Assembly: GCF_009914755.1 (NCBI RefSeq)
Contig: NC_060927.1
Reading direction: 5' to 3' (one strand)
From: the human T2T-CHM13v2.0 reference genome, Homo sapiens
Length of the DNA: 64,000 bases
Positions within the stretch are counted from its first letter, which is position 1. Each line of letters begins with the position of its first letter. Under the pieces are notes generated by a model, which searched no databases, was not told where the DNA came from, and saw only the letters and a program-made list of their open reading frames with translations. Shown here one piece after another: positions 40,402-52,828 of the stretch. A program made the translations under genes and the position numbers.

Positions 40402-41432
40402 GGAAGGAGAAAGAAGTTGGCTGAAATCTGAAAAGTTCTTTTTATCCAAGAATTTAGATTAAGTTTACTTCTTAGCTTCATTTAGAAATAAGCCAGTTTA
40501 TACCTGATTTGACTAAGTGAATGCTATTGGCAAAGCCACAAGTTTGAAATTTCTATAATATGACACCCTGTATTTTATGATATGCCTGTAATTTAGCTTC
40601 TTTGAGAGTAGGAAGTTTACATTTCTGTAAAACATTTTTTGAATTATAATTAACAATAAAAATGGTCAGGTAAGCAAGATGTGAATATATTTGAGACTAT
40701 AGATTATAAGCATTACTGTATCTCAGCTAAGCTTATATGGTATATATTTGTCTTACTAAGACTAGAAATCTTTTGTTTGGATGTTTGGAAGTCAGTTGCC
40801 CATGGGCATCCCTTGGACACCCAAAATGAGAGTTTAGCCAATTTGCTGTTCTGAGCTGAAGTACTTTACCAATGGCCCCTACTGTGAGTGGGATTGACTT
40901 AGATTGTAAAATCTACAGGCACAGCAAGAGTCAGGGGTAAATCACATCTTAGAAGAGAGTTTCTCCTGCTAGCTGCAAGCCAGTATGAGAAGAAAATAGA
41001 GAAGACATGAAGGCAGAAAGTAAACAACAACAATAAATCTCAAAAGCAGTAACTATACAATAGGACTTCTATGTGCTTTTAACATTTAAATTCTGTCTCA
41101 TTGGAGAGGTTATTGAGATTTAATTACAATTTGAGGCTTCATTTGTTTAAGATTTGATTTGAACTGTTTTATAGAAACATATGTCTGCTATATTTTGATA
41201 ATTTTTTACTATAAAACCTCATCACAATGTAATATTTAATATAAATAATAGACGTCTAAATAGTAATAACTGTAATTCTACCATTCATTAACTGAATGAA
41301 TTGAATGTAGGTATTTTTACCTACTGAAAAAGAAAGCAACAATAATGTTAATTTTTCTCAAAATTTTCATTCATTTCTTTATTCATATTACTAAGACTCT
41401 GACACTGGTCCCTTCATTGAATTTGCAATTAC

Positions 41433-41434
<2 letters not shown>

Positions 41435-41480
<46 letters not shown>
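41435..41480. repeat. (TA)~23 microsatellite
   Basis: Uninterrupted TA run. Confidence 0.97.
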
Positions 41481-41484
<4 letters not shown>

Positions 41485-43416
41485 GACTGCACATTTTTTG
41501 GCAGTTATTTGGCACACCTAAGAATCCATGAATCTTTATAAAAACTGTCTCCCTTAGAGTTCCTTAGGCTAGTTTAGAAAGTACTGCTCCACATTATAAG
41601 TAGTTTTTCTTGCGTACTCTGCACCTGATAAGAATATTTACCCCTTTTAAATATCAGTAGCCAATTACAGCTATGTAGCGTTTATGAACTAGAAAGGAAG
41701 AAAACATATTCTGGGATGTGTTCATATGTGAGTTCTCTTAAATTTTAAGGGAAATTGTCAGGAGAGCATATTTATGATTTTCCATTGTAAATGTCAATGG
41801 TTAGAATCTTATTTTGCTATTAAGTAAATAATTTGGGAGCCAAAGGATTCAATTTGGGGAATTATACACATACATGATTAATGTTTTAAAGTAAAATTAC
41901 AAATTTTATTGATGTATCAACATACGCCTATTTTTAAATAAGAAGAAAATGCAGGAAAAAGAAAAGGCGGCCCCTATTCCTACCACTCAAAGATGCCTAG
42001 GGTTAATTTGGTGTATATTCTAGTATCCTTGTATTGTTTCTTTAAAATATGTTAATATGCTATAAGTCATTATTTTTATTTAATGCTATATCACCTATAT
42101 TATTCATGTTATTATAGATTCTTTGTCATAATAATAATAGCTACATAATATCTCATAAAACTACTCTACTAGAATTTACTTAAGCATTATGACAATTTAA
42201 AGTATATACAAGGTTTCTAATATTTCAAAGTAAAAAATGACACTGAAATTTTAGGCTTACAGCATTGTATACATTTTTGAGTTTTTCCTTTGGCGAGATT
42301 TAAAGGACTAGAAGTATACAATAAGAGGATGTAAAATATTAAGGCTTTGATACCTAGTTAACAATTGCTTCTCAGCATTTTAACTAAGTTTCTGAGGGCA
42401 ATATAAAAATACATATCAATATCTACCATGTATCTTTGTTATTTAACTTAGGTATTAGAAATTTGTATTAAAAATAATTATAATGGATAGACTAAAATAA
42501 TCAGAGCTGTTTATTGATTTTAATAGAGAATATTCAACAATAATGGTTGGTTACCAAAAGCTTATGAACAAAGCTCTATAGCATGAAATATTACACTCAA
42601 TAAAATATTATTGAAGCAAAAAGTAATGATATAAAATTATTTTTGATAGTTTAGATTCCAAACTTAGTTATAAAACCATATATAAACACACATATGTTTT
42701 AAATATTTTGAAATATATATTATATATACACATAGGCCTGATAAGAATGTATTTTTCAGTATTACTTTTCTCTTGTTTTTGTACATGTATTTTTATGTCA
42801 AAAATATATTTTTTAATCAGAAAAAACAAATAAGTTTGTACCACGCTTCATTTGTAAGAGTCTTGCATGAGAATGACATTTTTTATACTAAGTACATACA
42901 ATAAAAGAGGAATGCAAATTTGAAAATAAACTATGAAAAATACTTTTGGAAATAACTACCATGTTTTAGACACCTGGCAGTTATAATTTCAAATAAACAT
43001 ACGGCATATTGTATAGCATTAATTTCTATTTGTAATGACTACATTATACTATACCTTTTCAACATAAATTAAAATCTGTGAATAAAATACGTACTTCCAT
43101 CAGGAGTGAGCCTAGCCTAGTGCCAAAAAGACTCTATGCTTGAAGTATACAGTGGAACACAGCAAATCCATCCTTTTTTTCTTCTCATTTTGACCTTATT
43201 AGTGAGTATAGTATTAGGATATTCATTGGAAAACAATTGCACAATATATACTAATTTCATAATTTTAATAATCTATCTGCATTTTAACTTTTATATTCTC
43301 ATAAGCACCAGTTTCCACAAAAAATTTTAATAGATTATCTCCTATAAAAATAAGTCTTGCATCCATTCTTGTAGACAGTTTTATAAAAATTGTGCCTTTC
43401 TATCAGGCTGTCATAT

Positions 43417-44876
43417 TGATGGCAATGGCAAGCAGTTTGAAGCAGCCACTGCCATCACGCCGGCTGCAGCAGGAAGGCATTGGTCAGGACAGCATGCTCC
43501 ACAGAGCAGGCAGGAGCCCCATCCTCCCAGGCACAGCTGCAGCCACCCAAACCACGGCTGTGCATCCATGCATCCCTGCACTCTTGGGGTCTCAGGAAGA
43601 CCCCTCCTGCCCTTGCAGGCTTGGAAGTACCTGCTCCCACTGTCTGGCTTCTCCCCACTGTCAGCATCCACTCCAGTCTTGGAGCAATGTGGGGCCAAGC
43701 CTGGGCACTGTTGCAGCCTGGCCAGGGATGCACACACTTGGGACAATGCTGAGACACAAGGCCCCTGCTGCCTCGAGCCCCTCTGGACTTCGGGCGCCAA
43801 CAGGCATGTGAGGGAGGCCAAGGGAGACTAAGGACAGCCCTGTGCTGGCCTACAGATGCCCCTTTGCATGAGCAGCCTGGGCACCATAGATGGCAGCAGG
43901 AGACAGACAAGCTCCTGGGTGGAAGGGGGCAGTCCCCAGTGAGGCCTCACCTTCAGGCCAGGGAAGGCCTGAAGGCTGGCAGTCAGGCTGCCAGTCATGC
44001 AGACTGGAGTAAGTGCATGTGGTGCCTTTTCCGGGCCACCCATGGCCACCCATGGACCAATCAGCACACACTTCCTCTCATCTGAGGCCCATATAACCCC
44101 AGGGCTCAGACAGAGCAGAACAGACATCAGAACAACTAGCTGCAGAGAGGAACAGTCCACTCCAGGGCCTCCTCTCTGCTGAGAGCTGGGAAGACAGGAC
44201 AACCTCCCTGCAGAGAGAAGCTTCCCACTCCAGGGCCTCCTCTCTGATAGGAGCTGAACACTCATCTGGACACTGTGGCTGCATGGCTGTGGAAAGGAGC
44301 TGCCCCCCTGCAGGAGACTTAGCTGTTATATCACTCAATAAAGCTCCTATTCATCTTGCTCATAGTCCCACTTGTTTCCATATCTCATTCTTCATGGTGG
44401 TAGGAGAAGAACTCTGGATCTGTCAAATGGTGGGGCTAAAAGAGCTGTAACACAAACAGGGCTGAAACATGTCCCTTGCTCGACACACTGCTGCTGAAGA
44501 GTAAAGAAGAACTGAGGCCCTTCAGAAATCCCAGACCTGGAAGCTTCTGTAGCCAGGGCGGTGACTCTTTGGGGCTCTGCAGTTCCTGGCATCTCAAGCC
44601 AGCACCTGGAGCTGCCTGTCCCGCTGTGGTAGCTGTCACATCTGATTGTGCTCAGTGGCTAGACCCCACATTCATTCACACACCCTTTGCTGTTCCACAC
44701 CTGAATCACGCTTGGCAGGTATGGGACCCAGGCTGGTAGTGTGAGCTGAGTGCAGATTGCCAGGACAAGCAGGTAAAACAAGCCCAGTAGGCCCGAGCTA
44801 CTAGGGCAACTAGGGCAACAATGCCACCCACAGAGGTTTCCGACCAGAAAAATGACACCCCAATGATCCTGTAACA
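43417..44876 (+). mobile_element. MER52A-like ERV1 solo LTR
   Basis: TGATGGCA...GATCCTGTAACA, with a GC-rich U3, CCAAT (~44056), TATA-like box (~44091), internal ccactccagggcctcctctctg repeats and AATAAA at 44337. Perfect TSD ATAT. Confidence 0.9.
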
Positions 44877-46066
44877 ATATAACAGGGTTAGAAATTAATT
44901 ATGAATGCTAATCTTATAGAATAGTCATTTCCCAGATTAAGAGTACAGAAACAGGTGCAAAGGTACATTGACCTTTCTCAAAGAAAAAAAATGGTATTCA
45001 TTCCTTTCTATTAATGTTAATTTTAAGACAAATAAGTCATATGTTTTCGTTCATTTTATAATAAATCACTTCCCTTTCTATAATATGTAATATTAATTGT
45101 GTCCAGGTACCAGGACATTTTAATCTTTGCATTAGTCAATTCTCACTATATGAAAAAGTTGCTTCTCTTAGCTACAGATAATTATAAAGACCCAGTAAGT
45201 TTTTCATATACACCAGCCTTCCCTCACAAAAGCACGTGCATCTCCCAGCAGGTGGATGAAGACAGGGGCAGCGGGAGGCTGATAACAAGCTCTTTTTACT
45301 AAGCAAATATTTCAAAGGAAAGATATTAACTTATCAATATTGTCCTTGAGTATAATGAGCATTTTAAATAACACACACCTGAACTTTTCATTTTGAGTGT
45401 TTTATTTTAGAAATGTATGGCTTTCTGTATTTATCATTTATTTTGAAACTACATGTATCTGCTCTCGCAAACCTCTCCTTCATTCAAGAAAATAGACTCT
45501 CTACCACACAGAAGAGCATGAATGTGCAACCAATAATTATTTTTGTTTGTCTAATTATCATTCTATCCAAATAACTTCAATATATTTTTCTGCTTTTATA
45601 GGTAATTAATTTCTAAAGTTAGTATTGACAACAAATACATCATATACATTTTAATTTATGTGACATAACTAAGTGAACCAGTGTACATACAAGTGCTTGA
45701 GAAATTCCTACATGATTACAAATACTTAAACAGTACATGATAGCTAGTTAGACTTTTAAAACTTCACATAACATTTGACAGTTCCTTTGGAACCTGATTT
45801 GGAAGATTATGCCTTACGGCAACAGCTCTATCCTGTTCGTTCTAACCTTGAAGTTTTACATTTTGTAAATAGCAAAGCAAGCCTTGGAAAACCTTGTAAT
45901 TGACAAGGTAATATATGAATACCATACAATGCATACACTGCATTTCTGTTTCTGTTTACTCATAACTTCATATGTATTAAATGACTGAGTCTGTAATTCC
46001 AATATGTAAATTCCAATTCAATAAGTTTTGCACTAGCCTTTTAAAAAAGACAAACTGTCGAGTATA

Positions 46067-46080
46067 CCACTAGGTGGCAG
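46067..46080 (+). promoter_or_regulatory. CTCF consensus core motif
   Basis: CCACTAGGTGGCAG matches CCASYAGRKGGCRS exactly, in AT-rich DNA where I recognise no repeat. Confidence 0.6.
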
Positions 46081-47028
46081 AGAAAGATCAGAAAATTTCC
46101 ATTACATACTCATGTATTAAAATGTATATATAGTGCACTTAAAAGTCTTTCTTGAATTACATTTTATATATAAAATTGTGTTCGGTCTCAGTATGCTTTT
46201 AGTTATTATGAAAACATGTTTTATAAAGATTTTTACCAAATACATTTTAACAGGAAATATTTTATTCTTTGTGATATATACATATATGAAATATATAATA
46301 CATTTCCGATATGTAAACACTATGTGTGTACATGAGTGTGTATGCACTGGCAAATTTTATACCCTATATAGAATAATACTTTAGGAAAAAGCAAAATGTA
46401 AACTAATCCTATGACATCCTACATTCACATTTTCTTTTGTGATAAAGTCTTAATTTAAAATTTTTCTAGCTAAGAATAATTCAATATAACTTATATTCAT
46501 AAACTCTAACATTTTACTTTTATATCATTACATATATGACTGTATTTAAATTACTATATTTTATAATCAATGTAATTTGCTACTCATAGGTGTCTTCTAA
46601 ATTATCTTTATTCATATTCATATTATTTTTGTAGGGTTACTGATTAATCAAAAGTTTCAAACAGCTACTGATATTTGAAGGAATGCTTCTACTTTCTATA
46701 GTTGATGAATTTGGTAAAATAATAGCATATTTTCTCTGATAATTCTTCGTCTTTACTCTCGCAAAGAGAGACAGTTTTTTTTTTTCTAACAAAAAAATAT
46801 GTGAAAGCAGCAGACTGAGCTAGCAAATGTCAGGTCCGGTTTTGCTTCCACAGCGGATATACTCTGTGATCCTTAGTAAATCAACATACTGATGCCAATT
46901 AATAAGTGAAAAGAGTTTAGTGACCTAAAATTCTAATGAAGGAGAGGAGAATGACTTCATTAATATGTAATTGATTTTTTTTTTTTTTAGTTGCCAGGTT
47001 TAGAGAAGCTCGAACGGAACTTTTTACA

Positions 47029-47070
47029 ATTTTTTAATTTTTAATTTTTGTGGGTACATAGTAGGTGTAT
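47029..47070 (-). mobile_element. Tiny L1MA-type 3' end
   Basis: ttttaatttttgtgggtacatagtaggtgtat, with degenerate TSD gaa(c/a)tttttac. Confidence 0.6.
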
Positions 47071-49753
47071 GGATAGAAATTTTTTACTCAGTTTTAGACT
47101 ATTATAAGCTTACTTGTTTACTTTCAGGTTGAATTTTTACAGTGTTCCTACGCTCCATCCTACCTGATTGGTCTTTTCATTTCTTACTTTTCCTCCCCAA
47201 ATTTATCACCTATTATTTATCTTCCTTCATTCCCTCTCCACCTCTCCTCATTTGTTGTTTGAATGAATGAGTTGGAAAATAGGGATAAGATCTCAAAGAA
47301 TCAGAAAGTTATGATTTAGAATTACTTGGTGGGGCAAAGGGATACGGATTGTTCTGTTTTTCTGAACTCTTTGGGAATTTTTAAAAAAACATTGGCACAT
47401 TGACTTAGCATAAATAAAGCAGACTGGACATAAGGAAGATTCTCATTGCTGAGTTGCTGGGCAGAAATTTGGAATTCGTTTCTGTATTTTCTAAAACATG
47501 TTATTATTTGCTAAAATATCTACAATCCCAAGCAACAAAAACAGATAAATAAGTTTAACTCTTTTAAGTCTTTAATTCTGTGACTGATATGCTCACTTCA
47601 GGTAGGTAAATTATTTTCATAGCTGTGCTTACAAAACACTAAAACCTGTTTGCAATTATGATAGCACACAGTATATAGGCAACATTTTGAAGTCTTATGA
47701 GATTTTACTTTCTCTGCTATACCTTTGATGTTACTAGTAATATATTTAAAAAATAAATATTTTCAAAGTATTTTTCTCATCGAAAGAGGGTAAACACTTT
47801 ATGGACAGGGACAGTATCTGAAACATTTTAAATGTCTGGAGATTCTTATTATATAGGCATTGAATAAATATTTGTGGATTATTTGATTACCTTCTTATCA
47901 CCTAACTTCAGAAAAATCAAAATGATAGATATTAACAGAAATTCATTAGCCACACCAAGACCACTGCAGGCACCTGGTTTGAGCCTTCAACATTTTCCAG
48001 AGATTCTGGACTTTCAGTAACTCCTACTATTTCTATTCAGGCTAGGAGTGACAAGTTGGATAAAAACCATCACCTATAGGTAATTTTAGTAGCCTCTAAT
48101 TTCCAGGCTAAATTGGAATTCCCCTCCCCAGGCCCCAAAATTAAAAGCAAGATCCAGGTTACTCTTTGGCAGATTATGACTGAACACATCACTCTGCCTT
48201 GGGATTGTTTTCTGCCCAGTGGTAATCAATATATGCACAGGATTCCCAAATATGTGCTAACTGCCATCTTCTTATTCAGAAGTGGAGTTCTATCGTCCAA
48301 AAGGTCCATTTCTCAGATTTGCTAGATTACTTAGCAATCCACCAATTATGAAGTATAACCACAATGATGATGACAACAATATCACCAACACAGACTGATT
48401 TCTTATAATATGCCAAACATTATCCTAAGAGCTTAAATCGATTTGATACCTTTTGCTAAACGTGGTAAGATAACAATGTCAAAAAGCTCAAGAACAAAAA
48501 TTGTATTTACTATGTCACCTGTAGGCTAAAATTGCCTGCAGTTTTGCTGCACAAATCAATGGGGGAATATTTTTCAATCTATTAACCTTGACATATATAT
48601 GATATATTTTTCCTAATATTTTGAATTTTTCCCTTGATTTTTTTTAGCTCACTCTTGTAATCGTCCTAGGAAACCCTTACCACATATCAATCTGCCAACA
48701 GCTGAATAGATTAGTTCCTTACTAGTTCTTAAAAATTTCTTACTAATTCTTTCATCTCAAAGGAAAAATGATATATACATACATATTATACACACACATA
48801 AAATCTAATTATTTTTCCCTTAAAAAATCTATCCAGAATGTTACTTTCATGAAAAAAAACCCACAACCCTCTATGACCACATTTTCCCTAGATATAATGG
48901 ATGTTGACAGACTTAAAGAAAAGAGAAAAAACATCACCAACTAAAGACACTAGTTGATATTACTGTCCTACTAAACTTTAAATATGTGCCTGTTTTTTTG
49001 GATTCTTGAAGTTAACCCGAACTTAGCAACTACAAACTTACCATTTAAAAATATTTTTCAGTTGAGAAACACCCTACTCTCTTTTGCATTGATAAAACGA
49101 TCACATTAGAAAAATATGTTTTTAGCATCAGTCATGTTCTATTTGAAGCATTTTATTTGCTGTTCTCTCTACATTCTACATCTGCTTATATTAATAGAAT
49201 ATGATACTATACACAGGGGTTTACTAAGACTCTAACCAATGTTGAGAAGAAAGAAAAGATTTTTTTTTCTACACATTCTATGTCATTCCATTAAAATATT
49301 TTCATACAACACAAACCATCGCAAGGCAATACACTGTTAGTGGCCCAGGATGTTCTCAGTGTCATGCATAATTGATGTTCAACAATTGGATTTTCATTTT
49401 ACTTTCATATACAGCAGACATGATAAATATTATCCCTAAATATTTTGTCTTTTATTTCGCTATTATATTTTATACTTTTATTATCTTATATCTATCTCTT
49501 GTTTTTCAAGAAAAGTTTAAATCCCATTGAAAACTAAGCCATTTATAATGTTACAAAAAGAATATCATGTGCTTATTTAAAAAATAGAAGCTTTATAATA
49601 GATTAATTATCTAATTTTATTTTGAGAATCTAGCAAGTTAGGAGTCATGTAAACTCATAAAATACTCACAATCTGCTTTTAAGTCTTCTAAATGTTGGCG
49701 GGAATGTTAAGGAATTGCAGAATAAAGTCCTCATCCACATGGAGCTTAGAGCT

Positions 49754-52144
49754 TGCCTTAGTCTGTTTTGTGCTGCTATAATAGAATATCTAAGCCTGGT
49801 TAATTTATAAAGAAACTGTGTCATCTCATAATGGAAGGCAAAAGGATAAGAGTGGGTCAAAGAGAGAGAGAGGATAAGAGAGACAGAGGATAAGAGAGAG
49901 AGAAGAGAAAAGGAGACCAAACTTGCCTTTTTACGATGAACCCATCCCTGTGATAATACACACACTCCCAATGGCATTAACTTATTCATGAGGGCAAAGT
50001 CCTCATGGCTTAATCACTTCTCATTAGGCCCCACCACCCAATACTGTTGCATTGGAGATTAAGTTTCCAACACATGCTTTTTGAGGTACACACTCAAACC
50101 ATAGCATTCCACGACTGCCCTAAAACGCATGTTCTTCTCATGAGCAAGATACATTTATTCCAATCCAGTAGCCCCAAAGTCTTAACTCATTCTGAACCAA
50201 CTTAAAAGTCCGAAGTCCAGAGTCTCATCTAACTCAGATATCACTGGGAACCAAGGCACGATTAATCCTAAGGCAAGTTCCCTTCCAAATATGAGACTGT
50301 GAAATCAAAACAAGTTATCTCTCTCCAAAATACAAAGTAGAACAGACATAGGATAAATATTCCCATTCCCAAAGGTAGGAATAAGCAAAAGGAAAGAAGT
50401 AATATGACCCAAGTAAGTCCAAAACCAAACAGGACACACAACACTAAATCTTAAGACTCTAGAAAAATTGTTTACTCTATGTGCCACCCCTTGGTCACAC
50501 TAGGGCTGGGGTTGGGCCCCCAAGGCCTCAGATAGCCTTACTCATATGGCGTTACTTGGCTTGACTCACATAGCAGCTCTCACAGGTTGGAATCTCATGC
50601 CTGCAGCTCTCCAAAGTTGTTGTTGCATGATGGCAGCTCAACAGTTCTGGAGTCTATGAAGTGGCATTGCTCCCATGGCTCCACTAAGCATTGCCCTGGT
50701 GGAGGCTCTCTGTGGCAGATTCAATTGCACATTTCTGCTGGACATTGTTCTACTAGGTACTCTCTGCAGTTTCTCCATCCTTATGGCAAGTCTATGCCTG
50801 AACCCCTAGGCTGTAGGCAACATCCTTTAAAATTTAGGTGGAAGAAGCCATACCCCCATAGCTCAGGAACTCTGTTGGCTTGCAGAGTTAGCACGGCATG
50901 AGTGTTGCCAAAGCTTACTACTTATACTCTGCTCGAGGCACAGATGGGACAGCAGGAGAGCACTGTGACTGAATGCAAGGATCAGACACTCGAGGCAGCA
51001 CGGGGCAGCAATGGCTGAGATCCTGCAAGTGCCTCTCTAGAAACCTGGCCCTCAAGGTCTTAGCTTGCCTCAAAGATCTCAGAAATGTGTTTTAGGATCC
51101 TATGGGTACTAATTTTTCGAGCAAACAGACTTTTGGCCAAACCCTTGATTTACTCTCTTAAAGATGCCTTTTCACTCTTTATGTGGCCAGGCTGTGAATT
51201 TTCCAAATCTTTCCACTCTGCTCTCTTGCTTACTATATATTCTATCTTTACGTCATTTCTCTCCTTTCATATCATACTATACGTAAGTAAAAGTAGCCAT
51301 GCAGCTCCTTCAATATTTTGTTTAGAAAATTTCTTCCACCAGATATCTTAATCTCTTTAAGCTCTGCCTTCCACAAAGCCCTGGGATATGGACACAATTC
51401 AGCCAACCTTATTGACAATTTATAACAAAGATGGCCTTTACTCCAGTTTCCAATGAGGTATTTTTTATTTTCTGCTGAGACCTCATCACAATGGCCTTTA
51501 CTAACCATATTTCTACCAATATTCTGAATGCAACTCCTTAATCAATCTCCAAGATGTTCCATCTTTTCCCTATAGTTCTTTTCTTCTTCTCAGCCCTCAC
51601 CAGAATTGCTCTTAATCCTCTGTTCACAGTAACACAGGGTTTTTGTAGCCTGCTCTTCCAAATTTTTCCAGCCTCCATTCATTACCAAGTTTCAAAACCA
51701 CGTTCACATTTTCAGGTATTTGTTATAGCAAAATCCCACTTTTCCATTTCCAAATTTCTGTCTTCCTTAATTTTGTGCTGCTGAAACAGTACCTGAGACC
51801 AGATAATTTATAAAGAGCAGAAACTGATGGGCTTACAGTTTCATAGGCTGGGAAGTCCAAGACCAAGGGGCAGCATCTGGCAAGGGTCTTTTTGCTGCAT
51901 CATCGGATAGAGGAAGGTGAAAGGGTGAGAGAGGGTGAGGCTGATTGAGGAACTTGTCCTTTTATCAGAAACCCATTTTCCCATGATTAGAAATCTTACT
52001 CCGAAGATAATGGCATGAATCCTTTCATGAGGCACAGAACTCTTGTGACCTAATTACCTTTCATTAGGCTTCACCCCCAACATTGTTGCACTGGGGAATG
52101 AGTTTTGAACATATGCTCTTTGGGGGGCAAATGGAACCATAGCA
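49754..52144 (-). mobile_element. Complete MST (MSTC/D-like) MaLR provirus: LTR 49754-50106, internal 50107-51758, LTR 51759-52144
   Basis: Two homologous LTRs ending in accatagca, ~1.65 kb of MaLR internal sequence, and near 5-bp TSD gagct/gagtt. Confidence 0.88.
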
Positions 52145-52619
52145 GAGTTCAGTTGTCCATGAGTATACAATATCCTAGCTTAGAAAAGTAAATTTTGTCT
52201 TTATTTTCTGCCATATTCTCCTCAGTATTGAGAGTTTGTTTGGCTTCTGTCCAAGAAGGTTTTTCTACGTAATCAATGCAAAGTGTTTTCTGAAGAGGAT
52301 TAGTATACATGCCTATAAGAACAGCTCCAAGACACACTGTTCAACCGTTTCTTTTCTTCCCCTTCAGAGAACATTTGAGGCAATATATGAAGGGTTGCCA
52401 GGCTCAAGCCCAGCATCTCTTAAATATCAGGCAATTTTGTCTGGTTGTTATTAGTTTATTATATTTACTGTTACTTAGTTGGATTGGCCATGAAAGATTA
52501 GCCTTCTAGAAACTTTCTAGTCCTTGTCATTCATTTGATATCTGTCATGAGGCAAAAAGAGAAACTTGCACATTTTTAAATATGAACATGGGTTAGGGCG
52601 TTGCTTTAGTCTTTTGCCA

Positions 52620-52828
52620 CAAGGGCACTATTAGATATGAGGAAGAATAATGCTTTGTTGAAAGGAACTGTCCTATGCATTACAGAATATTAAGTATCCC
52701 TTCCCTCTAGGAAATAAGTGAAAATAGCTTCTTTCCTCCAGTGATTGTTACCATTAGAACATCTCAATTATTTTACTAAAGGCTTAAGTGTGGTAGAGAC
52801 ATTACATTACAAGCCCAGAGAACCACTG
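52620..52828 (-). mobile_element. MER20-like hAT DNA transposon fossil
   Basis: ggcactatt...ataatgctttgttg...ctgtcctatgcatt...gagaaccactg. Confidence 0.6.

Noticed and set aside
43392-44877. Dense cluster of ORFs on both strands
   Set aside because: They lie in or overlap the GC-rich MER52A LTR.
46970-47130. Plus-strand poly-T/AG splice-acceptor-like sites
   Set aside because: No convincing donor or open frame follows, and such tracts are common in AT-rich DNA.
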